Shown here piece after piece: positions 51,722 through 61,590 of a DNA stretch of 64,000 bases; position 1 is the stretch's first letter; every line of letters begins with the position of its first letter. The position numbers and the translations under genes are program-made. Source of the stretch: Alphaproteobacteria bacterium (lineage in GTDB: Bacteria > Pseudomonadota > Alphaproteobacteria > SP197); assembly GCA_964291265.2 (NCBI GenBank), contig OZ219747.1, positions 4,192,001 through 4,256,000 of the forward strand, written 5' to 3'. Under the pieces are notes generated by a model, which saw only the letters and a list, made by a program, of their open reading frames with translations, ran no database searches and was not told where the DNA came from.

Positions 51722-53215
51722 ATGGCGATCGACGAGGACACGCGGGCGACGATCGTGCGGCTGTCGCGGGCCGAGGGCTGGGCTGTGGGGACGATTGCCC
51801 GGCATCTCGGCGTGCACCACGGCACGGTGACGCGGGCGCTCAAGGCGTCGGGGCAGGAGCGGCGGCCGCGGGCCAAGCTCATCGACCCCTTCGTTGCCTT
51901 CCTCGGGGAGCGTCTTGAGGCGTCGCCGGACCTTCCGGCCAGCACGCTCTGGCGACAGGTCGTGGCTCTGGGCTACCGCGGCGGCGAGGATCACTTCCGT
52001 CACGACCTGCGCCGCCTCGGGCTGAGGCCGGTGAAGAGGCCCGAGCCGTCGCTGCGGCTGAGCTTCCTTCCGGGCGAGCAGGCGCAGGTTGACTGGGCCG
52101 AGTTCGGGAAGGTCCGCATTGGCCGGGCGGAGCGCAGGCTCATGGGGCTTCTCGTCACCCTCAGCTACTCGCGCCAGACTGTCCTGAGCCTGTTCCACGA
52201 CGCGCGGATGGCCAGCTTCCTGCAAGGCCATGTCGAGGCTTTCGCGGCATTCGGGGGTGTGCCGCGGAGGCTTCTGTACGACAACCTGAAGAGTGCCGTG
52301 GTGACGCGCCGCGGCAAGGCGGTCACCTATCATCCGATGCTGCTCGGCCTCGCGGCCCACTATGCCTTCGAACCGAGCGCCGCCTGGCCCAGGAGCCCGC
52401 AGGAGAAGGGCCGCGTGGAACGCCGTGTGCGCTTCGCGCGCACCGGGTTCTTCGCCGGGCGCGACATCACGGTCCCGCTCGGCGAGCTCAACGCCGCAGT
52501 TCGGGAGTGGTGCTTCGGCGCCGCCGCGGAGCGGCCCTGGCCGGACGACGACAGTCTCCTGGTGCGGGACGCCTTCGCCCGGGAGAGGGAGCACCTGATC
52601 GTCCTTCCCGCCGATCCCTTCCCGCATCACGAGGTCCGCCCGGTGCGCATCGACAAGACCTGCCACGCCCGCTTCGACACCAACGACTACAGCGTTCCGG
52701 GTAGCTTCTCCAAGGCCCTGCTGACGCTGGTCGCCGACCGCGACGAGGTTCGCATCCTCGACGGCGCCGACGAGGTCGCGCGCCACCGACGCTCCTACGA
52801 CAGGAAGCAGGCCGTCACCGATCCGGAGCATGCCAGGGCGATCGCCGCGGGCAAGCGGCGGGCCCGCTCCATGAGCGTCCGCGACCGGGTCCTGCGCACC
52901 GTGCCGCGGGCCGAGGAGATGCTGGCGCGCGCCGGGACCAACGGGCGCAACGTGGCCTCCTGCGCCCGGATGCTGGAGACGCTTCTCAACGCGCACGGCG
53001 CCGACGCTCTCGACCGGGCTGTCGCCACGGCGCTGGAGCGCGGCTCGTGCCACCCCGAAACCGTGCGCGTCATCATCGAGGAGCGCCGCCGGGAGCAGGG
53101 CCTGCCGCCCCTCAGCATCGCCGACGACGGCCGCGGCGGCCGTGGCACGACGCCGCGGGGGACCGCTCTCGACGCCTACGACAGGCCCGAAGCCAGCGCC
53201 AGGAACAAGACATGA
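51722..53215 (+). CDS. istA: IS21 transposase (copy A)
   Basis: Same motifs as copy B; GGAGGGAG RBS. Confidence 0.95.
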   Translation: MAIDEDTRATIVRLSRAEGWAVGTIARHLGVHHGTVTRALKASGQERRPRAKLIDPFVAFLGERLEASPDLPASTLWRQVVALGYRGGEDHFRHDLRRLGLRPVKRPEPSLRLSFLPGEQAQVDWAEFGKVRIGRAERRLMGLLVTLSYSRQTVLSLFHDARMASFLQGHVEAFAAFGGVPRRLLYDNLKSAVVTRRGKAVTYHPMLLGLAAHYAFEPSAAWPRSPQEKGRVERRVRFARTGFFAGRDITVPLGELNAAVREWCFGAAAERPWPDDDSLLVRDAFAREREHLIVLPADPFPHHEVRPVRIDKTCHARFDTNDYSVPGSFSKALLTLVADRDEVRILDGADEVARHRRSYDRKQAVTDPEHARAIAAGKRRARSMSVRDRVLRTVPRAEEMLARAGTNGRNVASCARMLETLLNAHGADALDRAVATALERGSCHPETVRVIIEERRREQGLPPLSIADDGRGGRGTTPRGTALDAYDRPEASARNKT

Positions 53216-53913
53216 GCGAGCTCAGGGAGCGTGCCCGGGCGCTCGGCCTCCACGGGCTCGTCGAACGCTGGGACGAGGTCGCCGGGACCGCATGGATCGA
53301 GGAGGTGGTCAGCGGCGAGGAACAGGCCCGCAGGGCCCGCAGCCACGAGCGCCGCCGCGCCGCGGCGCGGCTGCCCGCCTTCAAGCCCCTGGCGGACTTC
53401 GACTGGACATGGCCGCGCGACATCAGCCGGGCTCATGTCGAAGCGCTCCTCGGCCTCGGCTTCGTCGACCGTGCGGACAACGCCGTGCTCGTCGGCGGGC
53501 AGGGCACCGGAAAGACCATGATCGCCGCCAACGTGGCTCACCAGGCCCTGCTGCACGGCCACACCGTCCGCTTCGAGAAGGCGCCGGAACTGCTCGAGGC
53601 ACTCGCCGAGACCGTCTCGCGCAGCGAGCTGCGCCGCCGCCTCGCGATCCTCGCCAGGCCCCGCCTGCTCGTCCTCGACGAAATCGGCTACGTGACCCTC
53701 GAAAGCCACCATGCCGACATCCTCTACGCCATCGTCTCGCGGCGCTATCAGCGCCGCTCGACCATGGTCACGACAAGCCTCGCCTTCGCCCAGTGGGACC
53801 GCGTCTTCCCCAGCGCCTCCGGCATCGCCGGCACCGTCGACCGGCTCATGCACGACGCAACCCTCATCTCCATCGACAGCGACTCCTGGCGGCTCAGGCG
53901 TGAAACCCGATAA
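53212..53913 (+). CDS. istB: IS21 helper ATPase (copy A)
   Basis: ATGA overlap with istA; Walker A and B motifs. Confidence 0.93.
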   Translation: MSELRERARALGLHGLVERWDEVAGTAWIEEVVSGEEQARRARSHERRRAAARLPAFKPLADFDWTWPRDISRAHVEALLGLGFVDRADNAVLVGGQGTGKTMIAANVAHQALLHGHTVRFEKAPELLEALAETVSRSELRRRLAILARPRLLVLDEIGYVTLESHHADILYAIVSRRYQRRSTMVTTSLAFAQWDRVFPSASGIAGTVDRLMHDATLISIDSDSWRLRRETR

Positions 53914-54793
53914 ACCCCGCCGCGTCGACTTCGACGCCGTCAAGCGCATGCCGTTCGAACGCATCGCCGCCGACTGGGGATACGTCCGCGACGAACAGGC
54001 CTCGACACGCGCCAACCCCGTCCTGTGCGCACCCGGCCTGCCGAAGCTCGTCACGAAGTGCCTCAACAACGGACACTGGGTCTACTTCAACACCCAGAAC
54101 GATGAAGACAACGGAACCGTCATCGACTTCATGCTCAACCGCGGACTGGCCTTCGCCGACATCTGCACCCGCTTCGCAGCACCCGACGCCGCGCCACGCG
54201 ACTTCCGCAGCCTCTGGGCCGCGGCAACGCCCGATGCGGCCCCGGACTGGCTCACCGGGCGCGGCATCCTCCCGGAGACCCTCGACACCTGCCGCCCCCT
54301 GGTCCGCCGCGACCACAACGGACGCGTCCTCTTCGCCCATCGCAACAGGAAGCGAAAGCTCACCGGCTTCGAGATCGGTCCCCCCGACGGACCGAAACGC
54401 TTCGCCACCGGTGGAACCCGAAGCCTGTTCGCCGTCCGCGCCGGAACCGCCGCGGACCTCGAGGCCCTCGTCATCACCGAAAGCGCCGTCGACGCCCTCA
54501 GCCTGGCCCAGATCGACCAATGTCCCCCCAGCCACGCCTTCCTCTCCACCGCCGGGGCACCCTCGCGAAGACAGCACGAACAGATCAGCCTCGCCGCAAG
54601 CAGCCTGCCCAACGTCAGGACCATCGTCCTCGCCCAGGACCACGACGAGGCCGGAGAGCGACAGGCCGAAACCCTGCGCAAAAAGATGAAGCTCCCCTCC
54701 CACGTCTCGTTCCACAGACGCAGACCGCCGGAAAACGCCGACTGGAACGACGTCGTCAACGCCAGGACCAAAGAACCACAAGCGAGATCATGA
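53900..54793 (+). CDS. orf4, Toprim-domain primase-like protein (copy A)
   Basis: GTG overlapping the istB end; TESAVDALS and QDHDEAG motifs. Confidence 0.82.
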   Translation: MKPDKPRRVDFDAVKRMPFERIAADWGYVRDEQASTRANPVLCAPGLPKLVTKCLNNGHWVYFNTQNDEDNGTVIDFMLNRGLAFADICTRFAAPDAAPRDFRSLWAAATPDAAPDWLTGRGILPETLDTCRPLVRRDHNGRVLFAHRNRKRKLTGFEIGPPDGPKRFATGGTRSLFAVRAGTAADLEALVITESAVDALSLAQIDQCPPSHAFLSTAGAPSRRQHEQISLAASSLPNVRTIVLAQDHDEAGERQAETLRKKMKLPSHVSFHRRRPPENADWNDVVNARTKEPQARS

Positions 54794-54819
54794 CCACGTC
54801 CGTCACAAGGAGACCACTC

Positions 54820-55110
54820 ATGCCCCTCACGCCCGCCGAAAAGCAGCGGTGATACCGGGAACGGCGCAAGGCCGGCATCCCTCCCGTCCACACCCCAAAG
54901 CACCGTGACCGGCGCTCGCGACCGCAACGCTGGAACGACGCCGTGGCCGAACTGCGCTCCCTGCAGGACGAATGGCGTGACCACCTCGACAGCATCCCCG
55001 AAAGCCTCCGTGACACGCCTTACGGAGAACGCCTGCAGAGCGTCGCCGATGCCGACATCGAGGCCCTCGAGGACATCGAACCGCCACGCGGCTACGGAAG
55101 GGATACGTGA
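54820..55110 (+). pseudogene. orf5 of copy A with premature stop
   Basis: CGA in copy B is TGA here (54850-54852). Confidence 0.75.
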
Positions 55111-55930
55111 TCCCGCAAGACCCTTGAACGCGGTCACGCGTTACCATCCAGGAATGAGAACGTCTCACCCCGACGCGCCGCTCAGCCTCCCCGGGAAACA
55201 CCCGGGCCGTCCAAACGACACCGCATCACGAGACTGCCGCAGCCTCTGAGCCGCAGCGACGCCCGATCCGCCGCCGGACTGGCTCACAGGTCGCAGCATC
55301 CGCCCGAAAACACTCGACGCCTGCCGCACCCTGCAGGACGAATGGCGTGACCGCCTCGACAGCATCCCCGAAACCCTCCGTGACACGCCTTACGGAGAAC
55401 GCCTGCAGAGCGTCGCCGATGCCGACATCGAGGCTCTCGAGGACATCGAACCGCCACGCGGCTACGGAAGGGACACGTAATCTCGCAAGACCCTTGAACG
55501 CGGTCACGCGTTACCATCCAGGAATGAGAACGTCTCACCCCGACGCGCCGCTCAGCCTCCCCGGGAAACCCCCGGGCCGTCCAAACGACACCACATCACG
55601 AGACTGCCGCAGCCGCTGAGCCGCAGCAACGCCCGATCCGCCGCCGGACTGGCTCACAGGTCGCAGCATCCGCCCGAAAACACTCGACGCCTGCCGCACC
55701 CTGCGCCGCCGCAACCGCAACGCACGCAGCCTCTTCGCCCAGCGCAACAGAAACCGTCAGCTCTCCAGCCTCGAGATCGTCCCGCCCGACGAACCACGAC
55801 GAGGACGGAGAACGCCAGAACGAAACCACGCGCAAAAGCCTGAAGCTCCCCTCCCACATCACGTTCCACAAACGCCGAACGCCAGAAAACGCCGACCGGA
55901 ACGACATCGTCAACGTCAATGCAAGACCAA
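54961..55930 (+). repeat. 370-bp tandem duplication plus degenerate primase fragments inside the element right arm
   Basis: ctgcaggacgaatggcgtgacc at 54961 and 55331; deleted primase paralog at about 55600-55920; mirrored in copy B at about 46340-47283. Confidence 0.85.
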
Positions 55931-56078
55931 TGGGATCCAACAATAGGCAGAAAACAAAGACCGGGCGGACCTTCGTCCAATGCCGCACGTTCTCCTGTCG
56001 TGGTCACCCACTCACACGATCAGCGCCCAAAAGAGCGGTTCTCCGCCAATATCCCGCCGTTCTAAATCGCCGCCGACA

Positions 56079-56423
56079 ACAGGTCCGAAAACGCATCGTG
56101 GCTCGGAATGCCGTGCTTCAAGCTCATGAAACGGCGCAGAAACCCCTCCTTGGCCCGACCGAACCGCTCCATGTCCGCGCATCCCTCCCCGCCGCACAAG
56201 GTCGAAAGCAACGCAATCATCAGCATCTCGTGCAGCGAATGGCGCGTCGCATTGCTGCGACGCGGGTCCGCAACCCCTTCGAATACGGACGAAAACTCTT
56301 CCATCCCACACCTCCACTCTCCAGAAACCCAAGCGTGATCGACGTCCGGCGGTACCAACCGGCATGCATGCCGCGCCGCGCAAAATTTTTTACATCATGC
56401 CACAGGGTGCGCATGCGGGGCCT
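56079..56423 (-). pseudogene. ISAs1-family element left end and transposase N-terminus, truncated by copy A
   Basis: ATG 56304: MEEFSSVFEGVADPRRSNATRHSLHEMLMIALL..GIPSHDAF; CAGG-type end near 56423. Confidence 0.85.
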
Positions 56424-56463
56424 GCCGGTAAGCGTTCGGTCGCGCAGTGATTGTTGGTGATAT

Positions 56464-56521
56464 TCACCGGTTGAGGATGAGTTTCCAGTCTTTGCGGAGA
56501 GGCCTCAGCCAGATGTCCTTT
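56464..56521 (-). pseudogene. C-terminal fragment of a DUF4338-like protein
   Basis: KDIWLRPLRKDWKLILNR*, similar to RSVWMKPLSSDWRAVL in the IS4 fusion. Confidence 0.5.
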
Positions 56522-56697
56522 TTGGACGAAGGCCGCTTCGCGGCCTTGGGTGCTTGTGATCGAGCACTGTGCTGAGCAATCGATGTGAGCGGTTGTGTTG
56601 AGAGATCGACGTTCCTGATGTTTCGATGATCTGATCGAGGCACCACACTTCCTGGTCTCCCGACTGTTCGGGAGGGCCATCAACCAGGGAGTGAGAG

Positions 56698-57283
56698 ATG
56701 AAGGCAAAGGAAGTTTCGCCTCTGCGCCAGAAGACGATCGATGTGATGACGATGAAGGGTCTGTCGTCTGGCACGCAGGAGAACTATCTGCGTGAGATTA
56801 CGATGTTCGACCTCTATACCGGACATCAGCTGGAGAGTCAGACGGGCGAGGCGATCGGGGCCTGGATCCTGGAGCGGATTGGCAAGGGTCTGGCGCCGCG
56901 CACGACCAACGTCACGGTGACGGCGATCCGCCTGTTCTATGATAGTGTGCTCGGTCAGCCCGAGAAGGTCGAACATCTGCGTTGTCGCCGGGTTCCCGAC
57001 CGCCTGCCGCGGACGATCCCTTCAAGAGGATGTCGAGCATCTGATCCAGGCGTTCACCGACGTACGCTACCGCACGGCAACCGTTGTTGCCTACGGCGCT
57101 GCGCTGCGCATCTCGGAAGTGGTGTCGCTGCAGGTCACGGACATCCGCCGTGAGCAAGGTCTCCTGCACATCCGCGAGGGCAAGGGCCACCACGAGCGCA
57201 TGGCCTATCTGCCCGACGCCGTGCTCAAGGAACTGGAGCGCTACTGGAAGACCACCTGGCCACGTCCAGGACCATTCTTTTGT
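56698..57283 (+). pseudogene. Tyrosine integrase of the type found with IS91-like elements, frameshifted and truncated
   Basis: SPLRQKTIDVM..TQENY, frameshift near 57020, YGAALRISEVVSLQVTDI, IREGKG..ER. Confidence 0.8.
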
Positions 57284-57529
57284 CAGTCCTGTGGATTGTT
57301 GATGTGACAGGGACCGGCATGGTTGAGGCGCCCGGGTTCACTGTGGGCTGGTTTCAGTGGGCACTGCTGGTGCATCAGGGCTCACCAGGCACGTTTTTTC
57401 GAGTGTGCGAACAGAGCTGTCCTGTTGCGCCGTCAGGCGGCGCGTTCCCGGCTTGTGGCGCGGGGTCAGGAGCGAAGGTTCATCCGCCGGGCGGGATGAG
57501 GATAGCGTCGAGTGCGTCCTGGGCGCGAG

Positions 57530-59900
57530 CTTTCAACCAGACACTGTTGAATCCATCTTTTTCAGCATATCGAGTTCCTGCAGTTTCCGCATATTTCGGT
57601 GATGTTCGACGAAGGTGAGGAGGATTTCGTATCCCTGCCAGAGTTTCTCAGTCCCCGGCAGGGGTTGACGTTTTCTGGGAATGAAGCCCGCCAGGCGTGC
57701 GACGTCGACGGCGAAGGCTGCGATGGTCGGTTCGGGATCGGGAGGTCCACGCGGCGTGCGCTGTCGGCTGACCTTATAGATGTTCAGGACCGTGATCTCG
57801 TCGCGGTGGACGATGTGGCTTGCCGGGGTGTCTGGTGCCGAGCGTGCGAGGCGCTCGACGGTCATGACGCGGCATGCGGTGATGGCGTCGAAGGCCAGAC
57901 ACTTCCTCAGATCGTCGGCCTGGTTGAGGCGCCGGTCCTTGATCCGGGTGCCGACCTTCAGGGCCTTGAAATACTCTTCGATCCACCATCGCCTCTCGTA
58001 GAAGGAGACGGTCTTGAGGGCATCGTCTGCGGTGACGTCGCCTTCGGTGGTGAGCAGCATCCAGTCGAGAGGATCGCGGCCTGGCGGTGGAGCGGGTTCC
58101 GTGACCCGCACGGCCATCATGGAGAGCGGCGGCGTTGCCTGAGGCTTCTTGTCCGGCGGAGCCAGGTCGACCCTTGCCGCACGGACTTCGAGGCGTACGC
58201 CCTTGCGCTCCTTGCGACGACGCGGCCCTCCGCAGGCTGCGATGTCGATCTGCTTCGTTGCGATGCACGGCTCGTCCGCCATGTAGTCCCAAAGGTCCCG
58301 GCAGGCGCCCGTTGCGGTGACCACGCGGCGCCGTGTCGAGCGCCTGACGCGCACCAGCAGACCGGCCTCGTGCTCCGTGCTCCGGGCCAGCAGGTCCCAG
58401 ATGTCGCCTTCACGGTCACAGATCACCAACACCCTTGTCGAAGGACAGGCAGCGGCAAGTTCCACGGCCTTGTCGTACCCGTCGAGCCAGCGCCGGCTCT
58501 CCTTGTCGTCTGGCTCGTCCTTCTTCTGATCCGGCTTGAGACGGAAGTCGGCGTCGAGATGGAACAGGCCGAGGGATGAGCCGCCTTCGCTGAAGGCAAC
58601 TCCGGCATGGGCCGCCATGCCAAGGGCGCCCGAGCCGCCGCCGCCGATGTCAACAAGACCCTTGGTCGCCTCCAAGCCGTTGTCATTCAAGAACGTCGTG
58701 TCCTGGATGGCAAGAATCAGGCGCTGCGAACGGCAGCGTTCCACCATCGCTTCCTGGTGCCCCTCAAGGATATGCTCCATCGTCACCCTCGGATTCGACA
58801 ACAGGCGGTAGGCCGCCTTCTGCTCCGCCTCGCCGGGGAAGATCACCGGCAGGATCGCGCCGGGACGATCGTTCCACGCCCGGCCCATGGTGACAAGGCG
58901 CTCGCGGATGCGCACGTCACTGTGGCTGCTGCGGGCGTACTCCCTCATCGCCCAGTCGGTCCTGTCATCACCGACAAGGGGCGCCGCCTGGCCCATGACA
59001 CGCTCAGGCTCCCGGCACAGCACGGCGCGCCAGTCAGACGACAGGGGCTTCATCCATACGGACCGCTGCACGCCCGGGCCGGTGGCCCCGGGAGGTCGAC
59101 CCGAGGTCATCTCCTCACAGCGCTCCCAGCCCGCCGCCCGGTAGCTCACGCCGCTGTGCTCGGGACCCACATACGTGTACGCCAGAACCGGCTTCACCCC
59201 GTACTTCTCGTGCCAGTCCGTAGCCAGACGCCGGCAGGCACAGGCCAGGGCATGGGAGGCCAACTCCTTCACATCCACCGATGGAAGAATCAGGAAGCGA
59301 TCATTGTTGACGATCTCGCCGAGGTGGGCGACACGGGCTCCCTGGGACCAGCCGATGAAGTCGTCGCGCGCCTTCTGGTGCCAACTCGCCGCACCAAACA
59401 CCAGGCCGCCGAGGCGACCGTGGCGCGACGAGGTGATCCAGTAGCTCACCCGGGCTCCGGGTGCGCACGCCTCGCCTTCGGGATGCCAGGTCGCCATCAT
59501 CGAACGGGCCAGGCGCTTGTCCTCGCCCTCGCCCACAGGCTCCAAGGTGACCTCTCCAAGGTCCTCCAGAGAACAGGCGAGGAGCTTGTCGGGATAGTCC
59601 CGCTCAAGGGTGTCGGCGCCGGTGCCGAAGGCATCAGGCCTTGGTGCAGGAAGGGCGATGTCGAGCGACGCAGCAAGGTCAGGCAGGGCCGCACGCGCCG
59701 AGGCAAGACACAGCTCGCCCTTCGCGTTGCGCCACTCCTCGCGCTCGCACAATCCCCGCGCCAGAGACGAGCGTGTGCTGCCCTCGGCAGCCGACGCCGC
59801 CTTCAGCCAGTCAACCGTCGTCGCAGATGTCGAAAGCCGATCCTCATGGGCCACTATGTAAGGCCTCATGAACATCGAGTCAAGCCTGTCCCGTTGAAAG
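57530..59900 (-). mobile_element. IS4-family (IS50/Tn5-like) element, 2371 bp
   Basis: IRs CTTTCAACCAGACA / CTTTCAACGGGACA; 9-bp TSD GGGCGCGAG at 57521-57529 and 59901-59909. Confidence 0.93.
57533..59875 (-). CDS. DUF4338 (DruA-like) domain fused to an IS4/IS50-like DDE transposase, about 780 aa
   Basis: ARDDFIGW, VNNDRFLILP, LASHAL, G.SYRAAGW; then KAAYRLL, IQDTT, DREGD, YERRWWIEEYFKALK, LAGF..PG...WQG. Confidence 0.88.
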   Translation of the reverse strand: MFMRPYIVAHEDRLSTSATTVDWLKAASAAEGSTRSSLARGLCEREEWRNAKGELCLASARAALPDLAASLDIALPAPRPDAFGTGADTLERDYPDKLLACSLEDLGEVTLEPVGEGEDKRLARSMMATWHPEGEACAPGARVSYWITSSRHGRLGGLVFGAASWHQKARDDFIGWSQGARVAHLGEIVNNDRFLILPSVDVKELASHALACACRRLATDWHEKYGVKPVLAYTYVGPEHSGVSYRAAGWERCEEMTSGRPPGATGPGVQRSVWMKPLSSDWRAVLCREPERVMGQAAPLVGDDRTDWAMREYARSSHSDVRIRERLVTMGRAWNDRPGAILPVIFPGEAEQKAAYRLLSNPRVTMEHILEGHQEAMVERCRSQRLILAIQDTTFLNDNGLEATKGLVDIGGGGSGALGMAAHAGVAFSEGGSSLGLFHLDADFRLKPDQKKDEPDDKESRRWLDGYDKAVELAAACPSTRVLVICDREGDIWDLLARSTEHEAGLLVRVRRSTRRRVVTATGACRDLWDYMADEPCIATKQIDIAACGGPRRRKERKGVRLEVRAARVDLAPPDKKPQATPPLSMMAVRVTEPAPPPGRDPLDWMLLTTEGDVTADDALKTVSFYERRWWIEEYFKALKVGTRIKDRRLNQADDLRKCLAFDAITACRVMTVERLARSAPDTPASHIVHRDEITVLNIYKVSRQRTPRGPPDPEPTIAAFAVDVARLAGFIPRKRQPLPGTEKLWQGYEILLTFVEHHRNMRKLQELDMLKKMDSTVSG

Positions 59901-61590
59901 GGGCGCGAGCGGCGTCGTGCCGGTTGGCTTCGGGCATATAGTCGAAATGTCCGCCGCAGCGCACGATGGCGATGGCGGCGTTTGTCAGGCAGGAGAGGTT
60001 GCGTGGCAGATGGCGCACATGGACCCTGCAGCGGTCCTCGTCGTAGGTGAAGTCGCGTACGTAGTGGAGTCGATTTTCGATGACCCAGTGGTCGCGCACG
60101 AGGGCCAGAAGCATCTCGGGTCCGGCGCGTTCGGGAGCGAGCGAGGTGAGGCACCAGGTGGTCTCGACACTGCGTTCTTTGGTCTTGCAGATCTCGCGTT
60201 CGCGCTCGATGCGGATGGCTTGGTGGCGACCGTGGAGAGCGGCGTAGCCGTCCCACTCAGCGCCGGAGATGTCGACCACGGCACAGCGGCGGCGCTCGAT
60301 GCGTCCGTGCCCCTTGTCGAGTGTCTCGAACGAAGCCGCGCCCTTGAAGTCGATGGCCTTGAGGTCGTCGAGCATGGTCTCCTGGTTATCCTTGATCGCC
60401 GTGATGACATAATCGGCGCGGCGCTCGAGAAGCCGTTGCGCGGTCTCGTGCTGAGCGTGCATCGCGTTCAGGGTGACGATGCGGCCCGTGACGTCGATGC
60501 TGCTGGCGAGGTCCCGCACGGCGGGGATCTCGTTGCTCTTCGCGTCGACCTCGACCTGGCCGAGGACCATGCCGGTTCCGTGCTCGACCGCTGCGACCAT
60601 CATCCGCCGCCCGTTTTTGGTCTGCCTGGAGGCGCCGCGGATGTCCTTGCCGTCCATGGCGAGCGGTGTGTCTGCACCGGCCTGCTGGGCCGTCCACAGG
60701 CCGATGGCGTGGTCCAGGGTCTCGGGCGGCAGGTTGGCGAGGATGCTGTGGAAGGTTGTGGACGTGGGCGCCGTGTAGCGCTTCTTCGACGGGCTGTAGA
60801 ACGCACCCACCGCCGCCAGCTGTTCCTGGGTGAGCAGGGCGGCGAACTGAGCGAATGCGCTCACGCCGCGGTAGCCGGCGAGCCGGGCTGCGACGGCGAT
60901 CGCGAGAATGGTTCTCAGCGGATAGCGCTTGCCCCGGGGCTTGCGGCACTCGGGCACCTCGCCCAGGCAGGCGAACAGACTGCGCAGCCCGGACGCGGCC
61001 ATCGGTCCGGCTTGGTCGTGCTGCTCCGCGTTCCAGCTCTCCGGGATCGCGTCCCGGCTCAGCGCCTCGGCGGCGTCGTCGGTCAGTTCGTACATGAAGA
61101 TCTCCTTGGGCTGGCCGTGGTGACGGAAGCGTGCGGCGCCGCCGGGCTTGCGACCGAAGCCTGAGCTGTTGATGGCTGCATAGAACGGCGGGATTTCGGC
61201 GATTTGCCGCGCTTTGTCAGGGTCGTGTTTCTTCCCTGTTGTCAGGTCCTATTGTCACGTCCTGTTGTCGTGGTTTGAGTGTTCGGCTGGTTGTCTCCCC
61301 GAGCGCCGCCGTCTTTTCCTATTGTCGTTTTGGTCCGGTTCGGGTTCCGTCGACCTCTGCTTCGGTCTTGGTGACGGTTGCCGGGAGGGTTCCGGTTCCG
61401 AGGCACTCGCGGGATTGTTTGTCTTCCCTGTGGGCGGGTCGCGTTGTCCGGTCCCGGGGCGGCGTCTTTGCCGCCGCCCCGGGTGGATGCTAGATCGGCA
61501 TCAAGAGAAAGAGCGATGCGATGCCGGGCGGAGTTGTGACGCCCCCCGGCGCAGCACCCGGACGAGCCGGTCACGGGGGACCGAACTCCC

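Larger units (their letters stand above)
45410..56078 (+). mobile_element. IS21-family primase-carrying element, copy A (interrupted by copy B)
   Basis: Left IR TGTTGATGGCTGCATAGAACGGCGGGATTTCGGCG at 45410; right IR ends ...ATCCCGCCGTTCTAAATCGCCGCCGACA at 56078. Confidence 0.9.
57284..61166 (-). mobile_element. DUF4338-ISAs1 element remnant, interrupted by the IS4 element and 5'-truncated by copy C
   Basis: Transposase at 59901-61166 (RKPRGKRYPL, AMDGKDIRG, KSNEIPA, IKDNQ, GHGRIERR, HWVIENRLHYVRD..Y.ED) resumes at 57480-57529. Right boundary approximate. Confidence 0.8.

Noticed and set aside
54637-55930. Diversity-generating retroelement-like template/variable repeat pair (orf4 3' end versus its A-rich copy)
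   Set aside because: 8 of 20 differences are not at template adenines, the copy has large deletions, copies A and B show no hypervariation in this segment, and no reverse transcriptase is in the window.
45410-56078. Large inverted duplication as an assembly artefact
   Set aside because: Junctions fall exactly on element IRs with a 5-bp TSD, and the arms differ by SNPs and an indel. Long reads would still be the final test.
57533-60256. 907-aa ORF as given by the track
   Set aside because: The first ~127 codons lie outside the IS4 IR, in an alternative frame of the ISAs1 gene; the real start is about 59875.
57530-61166. Complete Druantia defence system
   Set aside because: Only DruA-like domains are present; no DruE helicase or other partner genes were seen.
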